From Candidatus Latescibacterota bacterium (GTDB lineage: Bacteria; Latescibacterota; UBA2968; GCA-2709665), in contig OZ244744.1 of assembly GCA_965219455.1 (NCBI GenBank), positions 1,536,001-1,600,000 of the forward strand: a DNA stretch of 64,000 bases, in the 5' to 3' direction. The notes below the pieces were generated by a model, which saw only the letters and a list, made by a program, of their open reading frames with translations, had not been told where the DNA came from and did not search any database. Positions 1-10,437 of this stretch are shown here, piece after piece (within the stretch, counting starts at the first letter, position 1; every line of letters begins with the position of its first letter). The position numbers were made by a program, and so were the translations under genes.

Positions 1-1
1 G

Positions 2-550
2 GACTGGTCCTATTCGCTGGACTTCAACGAGAAATGCCGCGACGTGGGCTACCTCCTGGACTTCCTCGCGCAAATACGGGAAAAAAGGGGTGGCGCCTTC
101 GAACGCGTGGCCTATATCGAGCAGCCCACCGCCCGCGACCTCCGCGCCAACCCGGAGAACAAAATGCACGAAGCCGCCGGAATCCGGCCCGTGGTGATCG
201 ACGAATCCCTCGAGGATTTTGAGAGCCTGCTGCTGGCCCGCGACCTCGGGTATTCCGGCGTGGCGCTCAAGACCTGCAAGGGTCAGTCGCAGGCCCTGTT
301 GATGGGCGCCGCCGCGAAGAAATACGGCATGTTTCTATGCGTGCAGGACCTCACCTGCCCCGGCGCCTCGTTTCTGCACTCCGCAGGCCTGGCCGCGCGC
401 GTGCCCACGGTGACGGCCATCGAGGGTAACGCGCGACAATACTGCCCCGATGCCAACGGCATTTGGGCGGATCGCTATCCCACGGTCTTTAATATTACGG
501 ACGGCTCCGTGGATACATCCGGACTGACGGGTAACGGCTTGGGACATTGA
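2..550 (+). CDS. Enolase-superfamily (mandelate racemase/MLE-like) protein, 5'-truncated by window
   Basis: Frame open from base 2 ([12 protein letters not shown]...); motifs LDFNE, YIEQP, VIDES, ALKTCKG fit the enolase barrel metal ligands. Confidence 0.75.
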   Translation, partial: DWSYSLDFNEKCRDVGYLLDFLAQIREKRGGAFERVAYIEQPTARDLRANPENKMHEAAGIRPVVIDESLEDFESLLLARDLGYSGVALKTCKGQSQALLMGAAAKKYGMFLCVQDLTCPGASFLHSAGLAARVPTVTAIEGNARQYCPDANGIWADRYPTVFNITDGSVDTSGLTGNGLGH

Positions 551-680
551 CGGGCGGAATCGGGATTCATCCCCGTGGCGGACCAGGGTCCCCCCATAAC
601 CGGTCATATCCGCCATAAAAAATCTCCAGTGGATGCGCGTTGGACAGGTTGCGCCGGCATCCAGCGCAAAGGATACGCTC

Positions 681-1691
681 ATGAAGGCCAGACAGCTCGT
701 TTTCTCCGGAAAAATGGTGGTCGAAACCGTCGACGTCGAAGTCAGGGACACCCCGGGACCCGGCGAAGTCCTGGTCGAAAACCTATACGGCCTCATCAGC
801 CCCGGCACCGAACTGGCGATGTTCACGCAGACACACGTGGGTTTCCCACTGCGGGACTTCGCCTATGCCAAATACCCCTTCTACCCCGGATACGCCTCCG
901 TGGGCCGGGTGCTGCTTGCGGGCCGGGACGTCGATACCGTCCAGGAAGGCGACCTGGTTTACGTGAGGGGAAAGCACGCCTCCCATTCTCTCGTCTCTTC
1001 GCGCCGGGCCCCGCTGAAGCTACCTGACAACCTGGCGATTGAACATGCTCCGTTCGCGGTACTCGCACAGATTGCATTAACGGCCGTGCGTCTTTCAAGC
1101 GTCCGCCTCGGCCATACCGTCGCCGTGTTCGGCCAGGGTCTCATCGGCAACCTGGCGGCACAGTTGATGACTCTGTCAGGCGCTCGCCGGGTCATCGGCA
1201 TCGATTCGGTTCCGGAGCGGCTCGCCATCTCGAAGGCCTGCGGCATCGCCGCCGGCGTCAACCCGGAAACGGAGAACCTGCAGGATCGCGTCAACGCGCT
1301 CACCAACGGGGCGGGCTGCCAGATCGTGGTTGAAGCCACGGGCAACCCGGAGGTGGCCCCACAGGCCATCAGGGCAGCCGCCCAGATGGGACAGGTCATC
1401 CTTTTGGGCAGCCCGCGCGGCAGCGCCGAAATCGACCTCTATTTCGATCTTCACCGCACCGGCGTGTCCGTAATCGGCGCGCACGGCTCCAGGCAGGTCG
1501 ACGCGACGCAATTCGGCGACCCGGACCCCGACGAACTCATGCTGGACTTTATCGCCCGCGAGCGCCTGAAAGTCGGCCCCCTGCTCACCCACGTCCTGCC
1601 GGCCTCCCGGGCCGCCACGGCATACCGGGGCCTCCTGCAAGAAAAAGACGCCTATCTCGGCGTCCTCCTGGACCTCACCCGCTGGGAGTAA
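681..1691 (+). CDS. MDR-superfamily (zinc-binding dehydrogenase-like) oxidoreductase
   Basis: ISPGTE, PGY, GQGLIG Rossmann motif, VVEATG; ATG 681 follows AAGGA. Confidence 0.85.
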   Translation: MKARQLVFSGKMVVETVDVEVRDTPGPGEVLVENLYGLISPGTELAMFTQTHVGFPLRDFAYAKYPFYPGYASVGRVLLAGRDVDTVQEGDLVYVRGKHASHSLVSSRRAPLKLPDNLAIEHAPFAVLAQIALTAVRLSSVRLGHTVAVFGQGLIGNLAAQLMTLSGARRVIGIDSVPERLAISKACGIAAGVNPETENLQDRVNALTNGAGCQIVVEATGNPEVAPQAIRAAAQMGQVILLGSPRGSAEIDLYFDLHRTGVSVIGAHGSRQVDATQFGDPDPDELMLDFIARERLKVGPLLTHVLPASRAATAYRGLLQEKDAYLGVLLDLTRWE

Positions 1692-1698
1692 GGCGCGC

Positions 1699-2982
1699 AT
1701 GCGAATCGTCCACGCAGATCTGGAACTGCAGCGACAACCCTTCGCCAGGCCCTTCGCGTTCAAGGGCGCGGCCTTCCACGAAAAGTGGAACCTGATCGTA
1801 AGGCTCCGGGACGAAGACGGTACCGAGGCCGTGGGCGTGGGCGGCACGGCCGTGCTCTGGTCCGACCCCGACGTGTTTTCGAATCATACCGAAGTCGGCG
1901 GCAATATCCTCATGTCCGCGCTTCTGGAATTCGCGCTTCAGCAGGCGGTGAACCGCGAATTCGCGGACCCGCCCTCCCTGTTGTCGGAACTCGTCCCGCA
2001 GGTGCACGACTACGGCAAGACCGTCACCGCCAACCCCGGGCTGCGCCTTACGTTTACGCTCATCGCCCTGGTCGCCCTGGACAACGCCGCGTGGATGCTC
2101 CACGCGAAGCGTAACGGGATCACAACGTTCGACAATCTCATACCGGGTGCGTTCCGCCCCTTTTTCACGAGCCGCCAGACCCATCTGGGCGTGGCCCCCG
2201 CCGCAGGCTACACGATGCCGTTGGACGAACTGAAAGCCATCCTGGATACCGGCGTCTACATCCTGAAGATCAAGATCGGCCATCCGGGCGCGGAGGCGGA
2301 CATGGTCCGAAAGGACATCGCGTGGCTCAACCGCATCCATGGTGTTGCACGGGGTTACGAATCGCCGATGACGGATTCCGGGAACGTTCTCTACTATCTC
2401 GACGCGAACGCACGATACGCCAAGAAAGAAACCATGGCCCGCCTGCTGGACCACACTTGGAAAACCGGTATTCACGAGCACCTCGTTCTCATCGAAGAGC
2501 CCTTTAAGGATCCCGATGAGATCGACGTGGGCGACCTGCCGGCCCGTTTCGCGGCGGACGAGAGCGTACAGACCGAGGAGGACGTGTACACCCGGACCCA
2601 CCAGGGGTACGGGGCCATCGCCATCAAGCCCGCGGGCAAGACCCTCTCGCTTGCGTTCCGGATGGTCCGCGCCGCGGCGGAGGCCGGCGTGCCGTGTTTC
2701 GTAGCCGACAACGGATGCATTCCCCTCCTGGTGGAGTGGAACAAGAACATCGCTGCCCGCCTGCCGACGTTCCCCGGTATCAAGGGCGGGTTCATCGAAT
2801 CCAACGGCCCGGAAAGTTACGGCAACTGGGCCGATCTGCTTTCGGCGTACCCCGTCCCCAACGCGCCCTGGCTCACGCCCAGGTCCGGCGCCTTTGTCCT
2901 GGACGAAGACTACTACCGGCGCAGCGGCGGCGTGTTTCTCGATCCGGTACCCTACGCCGGGATGTTCCGTTCAAACGCCTGA
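1699..2982 (+). CDS. Enolase-superfamily protein (L-Ala-D/L-Glu epimerase/MLE-like)
   Basis: KIKIG (KxK), YLDAN, IEEP, ADES motifs. Confidence 0.8.
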   Translation: MRIVHADLELQRQPFARPFAFKGAAFHEKWNLIVRLRDEDGTEAVGVGGTAVLWSDPDVFSNHTEVGGNILMSALLEFALQQAVNREFADPPSLLSELVPQVHDYGKTVTANPGLRLTFTLIALVALDNAAWMLHAKRNGITTFDNLIPGAFRPFFTSRQTHLGVAPAAGYTMPLDELKAILDTGVYILKIKIGHPGAEADMVRKDIAWLNRIHGVARGYESPMTDSGNVLYYLDANARYAKKETMARLLDHTWKTGIHEHLVLIEEPFKDPDEIDVGDLPARFAADESVQTEEDVYTRTHQGYGAIAIKPAGKTLSLAFRMVRAAAEAGVPCFVADNGCIPLLVEWNKNIAARLPTFPGIKGGFIESNGPESYGNWADLLSAYPVPNAPWLTPRSGAFVLDEDYYRRSGGVFLDPVPYAGMFRSNA

Positions 2983-3077
2983 TCCACGATTGCTTCGTCA
3001 GGCCCGTACGGCGCAGCGCAACCGGAGACCCCCGCCGCCGTGGGGCGGTAATCGACCTCTAAACGATGGAGTATGCC

Positions 3078-4715
3078 ATGCAATCGCCTCACGGTATCGC
3101 CCACCACGCCTTTCGCCCATCGGTGATGGGAAAGAACGGGCTTGTTGCCTCCGGCCATCCCCTGGCATCCCAGGCCGGCATCAGCACGCTCATGGCCGGC
3201 GGCAACGCCATCGACGCCGCGGTTGCGACGGCCGCCGCGCTTGGCGTGGTCGAACCCGCTGCATCGGGCGTGGGAGGCGACGGTTTTCTGCTCATCTACC
3301 GGTCCGATACCGGCCGCGTCTCGGCCGTCAACGCCACCGGCGCCGCCCCCGGGGCGGCCACCCGAGAAATCTATCTGAAACGGGGCGGTATCCCCATGAA
3401 GGGCATTCTGAGCGTCTCCGTCCCCGGCCTGGTGGACGGCTGGCTCATCGCCCACGAGCGCCACGGCATTCTCGACCTCGAACGGGTCCTGGATCCCGCC
3501 GTCTCCTTTTGCGAAAACGGATTTCCCGTCAGCCACAAATTGTCCGGCAGCCTTGCCGGCCGGACCGCGGGCTTTGCCTCGGACCCGTTCACCCGCGACG
3601 TGCTTACAAAGGACGGCCAACCCCTCGCCCCCGGCGACGTCCTTCGCCAGAACGACCTGGGCGCCACGCTGCGCCGGATCGCCGCCGATGGCCGGACGGC
3701 CCTGTACGAAGGCGACGTCGCGGAGGCCATCGTCGCATTCAGCCAAGCCCGCGGCGGCCTGCTCACCCGTGAAGACCTGGCGAACCACCACGCCCGGTGG
3801 GACGATCCGATTCAAACCACGTACCGCGGCCACACCGTCTATGAGATGCCGCCAAATTCCAGCGGCCATATTCTGCTCCAGGAACTCAATATCGTCGAGC
3901 GTTTCGATCTGCAAACCCTTGGCTGCAACTCGGCCGGGTGCATCCATCTGATGGTGGAGGCCAAAAAGCTCGCGTTTTCGGACAGAGAAGCCTATGTTGC
4001 CGATCCCGATTGGCTGGATATCCCGCTCAAGGGCCTCCTCTCCAAAGCCTACGCGGAACAGCAGGCGCGGCGTATCGACCTCAATCGCGCGGCAACCGAC
4101 GTTCCCGCCGGGCGGCCCGAATCCCATGAAGACACCACCTGCTTCTGTACGGCCGACAGGTGGGGAAACGCCGTCTGCGTGCTACAATCCATCCAGTCCG
4201 GATTCGGCTCCGGTCTGATCGCCGGAAACACGGGCATCCTTCTCAACAACCGGATGACGTACTGGCATCTGGAGGAAGACCACCCCAACTGCCTCAGACC
4301 CGGCAAACGGGTACGACACACCATGAACCCCGTCATCGTGACGCGGAACAACAAGCCCGTTCTCGTGTGCGGAACGCCGGGCGCGGACACCCAGGTACAG
4401 ACCAATCTCCAACTCATCACGCACATTCTGGATTTTGGCATGACCCCGCAGGAGGCCGTGGAGGCGCCCCGGTGGCGCAGCTTGCAGAACCCGATGGAGT
4501 CCACCGTACCGCATACCTGCGAGGACGTGCTGCAGCTCGAGGGCCGGTTTTCCGCAGACGTCCGCGAGGGCCTCGCCCAGCGGGGCCACGACCTTCGGAT
4601 CCTGGGCGACTGGGACGGCCCCGGCAGCGCCCAGGCGATCCGCATTCTCCCCGAAACCAACACGCTCATCGGCGGGTCGGACCCGCGTCGGGACGGCTAT
4701 GCCGCGGCCTGGTGA
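3078..4715 (+). CDS. ggt: Gamma-glutamyltransferase family protein
   Basis: GGNAIDAAVA, SGVGGDGF, PPNSSG, nucleophile region EDTT, LNNRM, GTPGAD, DPRRDG; ATG 3078 after GGAG (3066 is an alternative start). Confidence 0.92.
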   Translation: MQSPHGIAHHAFRPSVMGKNGLVASGHPLASQAGISTLMAGGNAIDAAVATAAALGVVEPAASGVGGDGFLLIYRSDTGRVSAVNATGAAPGAATREIYLKRGGIPMKGILSVSVPGLVDGWLIAHERHGILDLERVLDPAVSFCENGFPVSHKLSGSLAGRTAGFASDPFTRDVLTKDGQPLAPGDVLRQNDLGATLRRIAADGRTALYEGDVAEAIVAFSQARGGLLTREDLANHHARWDDPIQTTYRGHTVYEMPPNSSGHILLQELNIVERFDLQTLGCNSAGCIHLMVEAKKLAFSDREAYVADPDWLDIPLKGLLSKAYAEQQARRIDLNRAATDVPAGRPESHEDTTCFCTADRWGNAVCVLQSIQSGFGSGLIAGNTGILLNNRMTYWHLEEDHPNCLRPGKRVRHTMNPVIVTRNNKPVLVCGTPGADTQVQTNLQLITHILDFGMTPQEAVEAPRWRSLQNPMESTVPHTCEDVLQLEGRFSADVREGLAQRGHDLRILGDWDGPGSAQAIRILPETNTLIGGSDPRRDGYAAAW

Positions 4716-4732
4716 ACGGTCGGAGAGCCTAG

Positions 4733-4891
4733 CAGCCCGTTGAAAAAGTCCATCCGGGCTGCGGCCGGCTCTTGTGGCCGAATTACTGCGTTGCACTCCC
4801 TCCCCGAATCCCCGATTCAACTCGGTCGCGCGCCTTGTCTTCGGTCACAATGGCTCGGCCTCGCCTGCAGAGCAACTTTATCAACGGACTG
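4733..4891. mobile_element. 159-bp MITE (family A), copy 1
   Basis: Imperfect TIRs CAGCCCGTTGAAAAAGT / ACTTTATCAACGGACTG; flanks CTAG/ATAG; near-identical to 22303-22461. Confidence 0.85.
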
Positions 4892-4906
4892 ATAGAGGAG
4901 CATCCC

Positions 4907-5701
4907 ATGTCACGTTACGAAGATTTCCAGAGGGACGGCTACTTCATCCACTCCCGGCCGGTGATTCCCGGAGACCTCGTCCGACTCGCAATGGAAGGCG
5001 TGGACGACGTGCTGGCGGGCCGGTACGAAACGGGGATTCCGCCGCAGCCCTCCTACTGGAATCCCGGCGACGACCCGAACAAGCTGGGCAAGGTCGAAAT
5101 GCCCCAGCTAGCCAATCGCGCCATTAGGGAACTTGTCAGCCACCCGAACCTCGGCAGCCTTGCCGCGGAAGTCACCGGTGCAAAACGGGTCCAGGTCTGG
5201 TGGGTCCAACTCCTTTCCAAGCCCCCCGCGAGTATGGACGCGGGATCCGGCGTGAGCGTCGGCTGGCACCAGGATCGGCAATATTGGAAAGCCTGGAAAG
5301 AGGGAAGCGAGCTGTTCACCGCGTGGGTCGCCGTATCCGACGTGGGACCCGACACGGGCCCCATGGCCTTCGTGAAGGGCTCCCACAAATGGGGTCTGCT
5401 CAACCAGGGCGCCTTTTACATCGACAACAGCGACGACATCGAGATGCAGCGCGACCAGATCACGCTTCCCCTGGGCGAAACGTGGCGGGAGGTCGAAGCC
5501 ACTATGTCCCCCGGCGGCGTTTCGTTCCACCATTGCCTCACCTTCCACGGCAGCCGCCCCAACCGCTCAGGCGTGCCGCGGCGGAGTTTCGCCATCCACA
5601 TGCGTACGGAGAATTCATACCCCGTCTCCCAACCGGAAGGCACCCTCGCCCAGTTCATCCATAACACGGAAACCTGTCCCGTGGTTTACGGACACGAATA
5701 A
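4907..5701 (+). CDS. Phytanoyl-CoA dioxygenase (PhyH) family Fe(II)/2-oxoglutarate oxygenase
   Basis: WHQD, TAWVAVSD, GSHKW, HHCLTFHGS.PN, RRS motifs; RBS GAGGAG before ATG 4907. Confidence 0.9.
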   Translation: MSRYEDFQRDGYFIHSRPVIPGDLVRLAMEGVDDVLAGRYETGIPPQPSYWNPGDDPNKLGKVEMPQLANRAIRELVSHPNLGSLAAEVTGAKRVQVWWVQLLSKPPASMDAGSGVSVGWHQDRQYWKAWKEGSELFTAWVAVSDVGPDTGPMAFVKGSHKWGLLNQGAFYIDNSDDIEMQRDQITLPLGETWREVEATMSPGGVSFHHCLTFHGSRPNRSGVPRRSFAIHMRTENSYPVSQPEGTLAQFIHNTETCPVVYGHE

Positions 5702-5767
5702 TCCCATTCGCGTCCCTCAATCTGATAGGGTCGGCCGGCGCTTCGCCAGCAGGCACGACTCTCACAA

Positions 5768-5809
5768 AAGAAAACGCAACGGCAGTAAATCCTGCCGTTG
5801 CGTTTTCTT
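5768..5809. terminator. Probable bidirectional intrinsic terminator
   Basis: Perfect stem AAGAAAACGCAACGGCAG / CTGCCGTTGCGTTTTCTT between convergent genes. Confidence 0.8.
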
Positions 5810-5875
5810 GTGTTTCGTTCAACGTGAACCGACGCGGCGGTCCCGCCCGCGTTGTTCCTTATCGGCAATGACGAC

Positions 5876-8488
5876 CTAATAGTTGAAGCTGTACTTCGCG
5901 TACCAGAACGCGCCGCCGAAACCGAACGGGCTGAACTGGCTGTACTTGTTGCCCGTCCTATCCCGGGCTTTCTGGTGTTCGTCGGGATAGGTATTGAGGA
6001 TGTTCTGCACGCCAATGGCGATCGCGGACCTGTAATCGTCAAATGAGACACTGGTTTCCAGGTCGAAAAGAACCTTGCCACTGTAGACCTGATCGTCTTC
6101 GGAATCGTACCACTCGCCGAAGTAGCTGGCGCGCCCCAGGACGTCCCAGCGGCTCGTGAGCGTCTGCGTGAGGGTCAGATTCCCACGCTGTTTGGGAAGG
6201 TTCTCCTCCAGTTCCCTGATCCGGAGGTCGTCCAGAATCTCCGGATTGTGGTCGGTGACCTTGCTGCCCGTATAGTTGTAGGCGATATTCATGGCGCCCA
6301 AACCCACGGGCACCGAGAACACCACGTCCACCCCCTGGGTTCGGGAATCGAAGTCGTTGGTGAAGAAGCGAAATTCCTGCAGGCCCGCCGCGCTCGTGAG
6401 ACCCTCCCTGACGAGCTGGTCCCGCTCCGTATCGGAAAGCGAAAAGTCCTGTGAGACCGTCAGGCGGTCGTTCACCTTGATGTCAAAATAGTCGACTGTC
6501 ATACTTGCCTTGCCCATATCCACGATGACACCCAGTGAAATGTTCTTGGACTGCTCGGAATCGAGAGGCCTGGCTCCCTTCAACGCGGCCGCGCGGCTGG
6601 TGGAGGGGACCGTTCCGTTGTTCACCAGGTCGTTCTTCTCGAAATTGAACTCCGTGGTGATGTTGAAGGCGTTCTGCTGGCCCGGGGTGGGCGCCCTGAA
6701 GCCCGTGCTGTAACTGCCGCGCACCCTCAAGTTTTCGGAAATACCGACGTTTGTGGCAACCTTGTAGTTGGAGGTGGCGCCGAAGTCGTCGAAATTCTCG
6801 TAGCGCAGGGCAAGGGCAAGGGACCAATCGTCCACGGGTTGAACGTCACCTTCGGCGTACACGGCCGTGTTGGATCGACCCCATCTGCCGGCGGCCACTT
6901 TACTGAAACCCGAAAACCCGTTCGTCGCCGGTTGAAATCCCTGGCTGGCCAGCGGCTGGCCGATAATGTAGGACTCGATCTGCCCCTCAACGATCTCGAA
7001 TGTCTCTTTTCGATATTCAAGACCGCCAGCGAGGAAGACCTGGGCGTTCACGGGGTAGGTCACGCCGAAGTCCAGGTTGACGTCCGATTGAATGTAGGTG
7101 CCCGGGTCGAAATACGTGGGCGTAGCGGGCCCCATCGAGGCGTTCACCGTGTTGAAGATAAAGTAGTCCGCCTCGTGGCGGCCGTAGGACATGCTCAGGT
7201 CCCACGATGCCAGATCCTGCTCCCCGATACCCGTGCCCTTCACGCCGAGCAGGACGGATTCATCCGTTGTAAATGCGCCGAATCGGGGCGTGAAGCCGCC
7301 GGGGAATATTTTCAGGAAGGCGAAGCAATTGGGGTCATCCCGGACCTGAAGCCACGCATTCTCGTCTGGCCTGTTGTCGATGATGGGTACGGACGGACAT
7401 TCACTGCCCTGACCCACGCCGTCCAGATCGCCAACCAGGACAGATGCCGTCTCGGGTTCGCCATCGCCATCCAGATCGATCAACGGCCCCTTGAAGACGC
7501 CGCTGCGCGTATGGGGATTCCGGAAATAGAACCCGCCTTCGGTTTCTTTATTGGCATAGTTCGCGTGACCGTAGAAATCGACGCTCTCGCCAAGGGTGGA
7601 GCCGTAGTTGGCGAAGAATTTCAAGTCGTCGCGAACGAAGGGCTGCCCCCATATCTGGGCGGGATTCGCCACCTCGATATTGCCCGCCGCAATCAGATCC
7701 GCGGCGTCGGTGCGCTGAACAGAGCGAATGGTTTCGCCCGTGTTGCCGTATTCCAGGCTGAGGTTTGCCCACGTGTTTTCATTGCCCAGGCCAATATTGA
7801 AGGCGGCCGTGAACATCTCGCCGTCGCCAAGGAACTTACCCTTCCCGTCCTGGAAACTGCCCACCTTGACATTCGCGGCCATTCCCTCGTGGTTGGTTTT
7901 CAGGCGGAAGTCCAACACGCCCGCAATGGCGTCCGATCCGTACTGCGCCGAGGCGCCGTCGCGGAGGACCTCCACCCGTTTCAGGGCGATTGCGGGGATG
8001 GCAGACATGTCGGGCCCCTGCGCGCCATCGGCAACACCGTTGCCCAGCCAGTGAATCACGGCGGCCCGGTGGCGGCGCTTGCCGTTGACGAGCACCAGTG
8101 CGTGGTCGGGCGCCAGTCCCCGCAGGTTGGGCGGCCGGACAACCGTTCCAGCGTCGCTGATCGGCTGGGTGTTGACGTTGTATGACGGGATGATGTTTCG
8201 CATCAGATCGGCCAGATCCGTGCCGCCCTGCTTGATGAAATCCTCGGCGCTGACCACGTCGATGGGCACGACCGATTTCGTCACCGAGCGCGCCCGCCGT
8301 GAACCGATCACGACCATTTCTTCGAGTTCTACAATTTCATCGAGAATGATCTCCATGGAATCGGCGTCGGCGGTAGCTTCGGCTTCCTGCGATACGGAGA
8401 CACCGGCCATGGAATGAAGGACGGCGACTGTAAGCGCAACGGATCTGCAAATGTTCTTCGCAGTAAAAACTCTCGAATCGAACGTCAT
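5876..8488 (-). CDS. TonB-dependent outer-membrane receptor
   Basis: Signal peptide, TonB-box-like EEMVVIGSR, plug LRGL..VLVNGKR and VEVLRDGASAQYGSDAIAGV, TGFRAP, aromatic C-terminal strand YSFNY. Confidence 0.95.
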   Translation of the reverse strand: MTFDSRVFTAKNICRSVALTVAVLHSMAGVSVSQEAEATADADSMEIILDEIVELEEMVVIGSRRARSVTKSVVPIDVVSAEDFIKQGGTDLADLMRNIIPSYNVNTQPISDAGTVVRPPNLRGLAPDHALVLVNGKRRHRAAVIHWLGNGVADGAQGPDMSAIPAIALKRVEVLRDGASAQYGSDAIAGVLDFRLKTNHEGMAANVKVGSFQDGKGKFLGDGEMFTAAFNIGLGNENTWANLSLEYGNTGETIRSVQRTDAADLIAAGNIEVANPAQIWGQPFVRDDLKFFANYGSTLGESVDFYGHANYANKETEGGFYFRNPHTRSGVFKGPLIDLDGDGEPETASVLVGDLDGVGQGSECPSVPIIDNRPDENAWLQVRDDPNCFAFLKIFPGGFTPRFGAFTTDESVLLGVKGTGIGEQDLASWDLSMSYGRHEADYFIFNTVNASMGPATPTYFDPGTYIQSDVNLDFGVTYPVNAQVFLAGGLEYRKETFEIVEGQIESYIIGQPLASQGFQPATNGFSGFSKVAAGRWGRSNTAVYAEGDVQPVDDWSLALALRYENFDDFGATSNYKVATNVGISENLRVRGSYSTGFRAPTPGQQNAFNITTEFNFEKNDLVNNGTVPSTSRAAALKGARPLDSEQSKNISLGVIVDMGKASMTVDYFDIKVNDRLTVSQDFSLSDTERDQLVREGLTSAAGLQEFRFFTNDFDSRTQGVDVVFSVPVGLGAMNIAYNYTGSKVTDHNPEILDDLRIRELEENLPKQRGNLTLTQTLTSRWDVLGRASYFGEWYDSEDDQVYSGKVLFDLETSVSFDDYRSAIAIGVQNILNTYPDEHQKARDRTGNKYSQFSPFGFGGAFWYAKYSFNY

Positions 8489-9215
8489 TGCAAAATTCCT
8501 TTGCTGCAGGTTTCAGGATTCGGGTCTGTGATCCAATCGTTTCAACCCTGACACACGGCCGACAACATTGAATGAAATCGCTATGAATCAATTCACAAAG
8601 ACCCGACGGAATCATCTTGGCGTTGAGGAAAAAGACTCGGACTCAAGGACGCTTCAATCCGAATCGTCGTTGCGACTGAAGGGTGTACAGACAACTCCTC
8701 CCTCGTCACCATAGGCGATATCTCCTATTCTATTGTAAGCGGGTGTCACAGCGTTTCTTTTTGACGGAATCTAAATCCGGGGAGGTTCACCGGCGAAAAA
8801 TCGGGAATGAGATCCGCGGGAGAAAATGCGCCGGGTGATATGAATTGCAACACTCTTTATACTAAGATAGTAAAATCGCGGCAATTCGCAACAGGTTCAG
8901 TAAGAAAATATTATGTTTAACCTCGATTCGACAGAAATCCGCACCCTTATACATTAGCTATATTTACGTTTTAATCCTTTTTTTCCGGCTTAGTCTACAC
9001 GCCCGACGTCCTGCACGAGATTTCTCCGGCACGGACGGGCTGTCACTGGCGCGAACGCCTCGTCGTCGTTGCGGCCGCCGTTCGACGGCCGGGTGCAAGT
9101 GTCGCATTTTGCGACAGTGGTTGTCAGCCCCACGTAGGCGGCCAACGGCACGGCAACGGAATTCCGGCTTTTTCCGCGTAGATTCCAGCCCGGGCGCCGT
9201 GACGCTTTCCGATCC

Positions 9216-9244
9216 TTGACTTGCGCCACCAAAAGGAATATACT
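9216..9244 (+). promoter_or_regulatory. Sigma70-type promoter
   Basis: TTGACT-17 bp-TATACT upstream of the CDS at 9374. Confidence 0.7.
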
Positions 9245-9373
9245 TCTGCTCGTCTCATCTGCCAACCCATCGTTCCGGGCGAGGCCGTCATATCAATCGC
9301 AGGCCGGGCAGGTTTGGCGCCACGACGGCGATTTGTTTTTGCTCTTATCATCTGCTCTTCATAGAGGACTGAA

Positions 9374-10342
9374 ATGGACACGGTGAAAGTTGTCATCATG
9401 GCCGGGCCCTGGACCGAATGGAAGGAACAACTCCAATCGGTGTCTCCCCGCGTTGTGGCGGTCGCCGCGCATTCAGACGGCGCTCTTCTGCGGGAAATTG
9501 CGGATGCCGAAGTCGTCTTCGGCCGCCTGCCGCGAGCCCCCTTTCTCAAAGCCGGAAGACTTCGATGGGTGCAGAGTATCGGCGTGGGATTCGAGACCAT
9601 GCTCTATCCCGAGATGATCGAGAGCGACGTGATCATCACCAACACCGCCGGCGCCTTCGACGCCGCCATGGCCGAATCCGCGCTCGCGTTCATGCTCGCC
9701 CACGCGCGCGGCCTCATGCACTTCGAACGCGAAAGGAAAGACCGCACCTGGAACCAGCACAGAGATATGGTCTCGCAGATCGACGGAAAGACGGCCTGCG
9801 TGCTCGGTCTGGGCTCCATCGGACGCAGCATCGCCATCCGGCTCCACGCCCTCGGACTCACCGTGACGGCCGTGGACGCCCAGGCCGAAACACCGCCTTC
9901 CGGTGTGCGACGCCTTTACAGACCGGATGAGATGCTCAATGCCCTTGCCGACGCGGACTACGTTGTGGTGGCGCTCCCGCAGACCGAAAGCACCCAGGGG
10001 ATCATCGACGCGGCGTGCTTCAACCGCATGAAGGAAACGGCGTTTCTGGTCAATATCGCGCGCGGGCCCATCGTGAATGAATCCGACCTGATCCGGGCCC
10101 TCCAGGAGAAACGCATTGCCGGCGCCGGCCTGGACGTCTTCAAGGAAGAACCCCTTCCGGATGCCAGCCCGCTGTGGGACATGCCCAACGTCGTGTTCGC
10201 CCCCCACTCCGGCGGATACTCCCCCGAGGGCCGCGAAAATGTCCTTCGAGTCTTCAAAGAAAATCTCAGACGCTATCTTTCCAAAGAACCCCTTCTGAAC
10301 GTAGTGGACAAAGAAAAGGGATACCTCATCCAGACGGCCTGA
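9374..10342 (+). CDS. D-2-hydroxyacid dehydrogenase
   Basis: GLGSIG, NIARG, LDVF.EEPL, PHSGG. Confidence 0.93.
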   Translation: MDTVKVVIMAGPWTEWKEQLQSVSPRVVAVAAHSDGALLREIADAEVVFGRLPRAPFLKAGRLRWVQSIGVGFETMLYPEMIESDVIITNTAGAFDAAMAESALAFMLAHARGLMHFERERKDRTWNQHRDMVSQIDGKTACVLGLGSIGRSIAIRLHALGLTVTAVDAQAETPPSGVRRLYRPDEMLNALADADYVVVALPQTESTQGIIDAACFNRMKETAFLVNIARGPIVNESDLIRALQEKRIAGAGLDVFKEEPLPDASPLWDMPNVVFAPHSGGYSPEGRENVLRVFKENLRRYLSKEPLLNVVDKEKGYLIQTA

Positions 10343-10437
10343 AGGCACCTACTGCGATGCCTTTGAATACCGGCTCCGCACAATTGCCGGCGTTCTGAGT
10401 TCAACCGGGTTACGGCCCGGCCGAAAGCGTAAATCTC

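Noticed and set aside
4772-4906. N-terminal extension of PhyH and similar ORFs at 22342-22577
   Set aside because: These are translations of the MITE; the real start is 4907 with an RBS.
6839-8185. Long antisense ORFs (also 12878-14506, 38490-40169, 59331-61094)
   Set aside because: Shadow frames of GC-rich genes with no recognisable motifs.
8489-9373. Cobalamin or TPP riboswitch, or Fur box, upstream of the TonB receptor
   Set aside because: No recognisable consensus by eye; an Rfam scan would be needed to exclude it.
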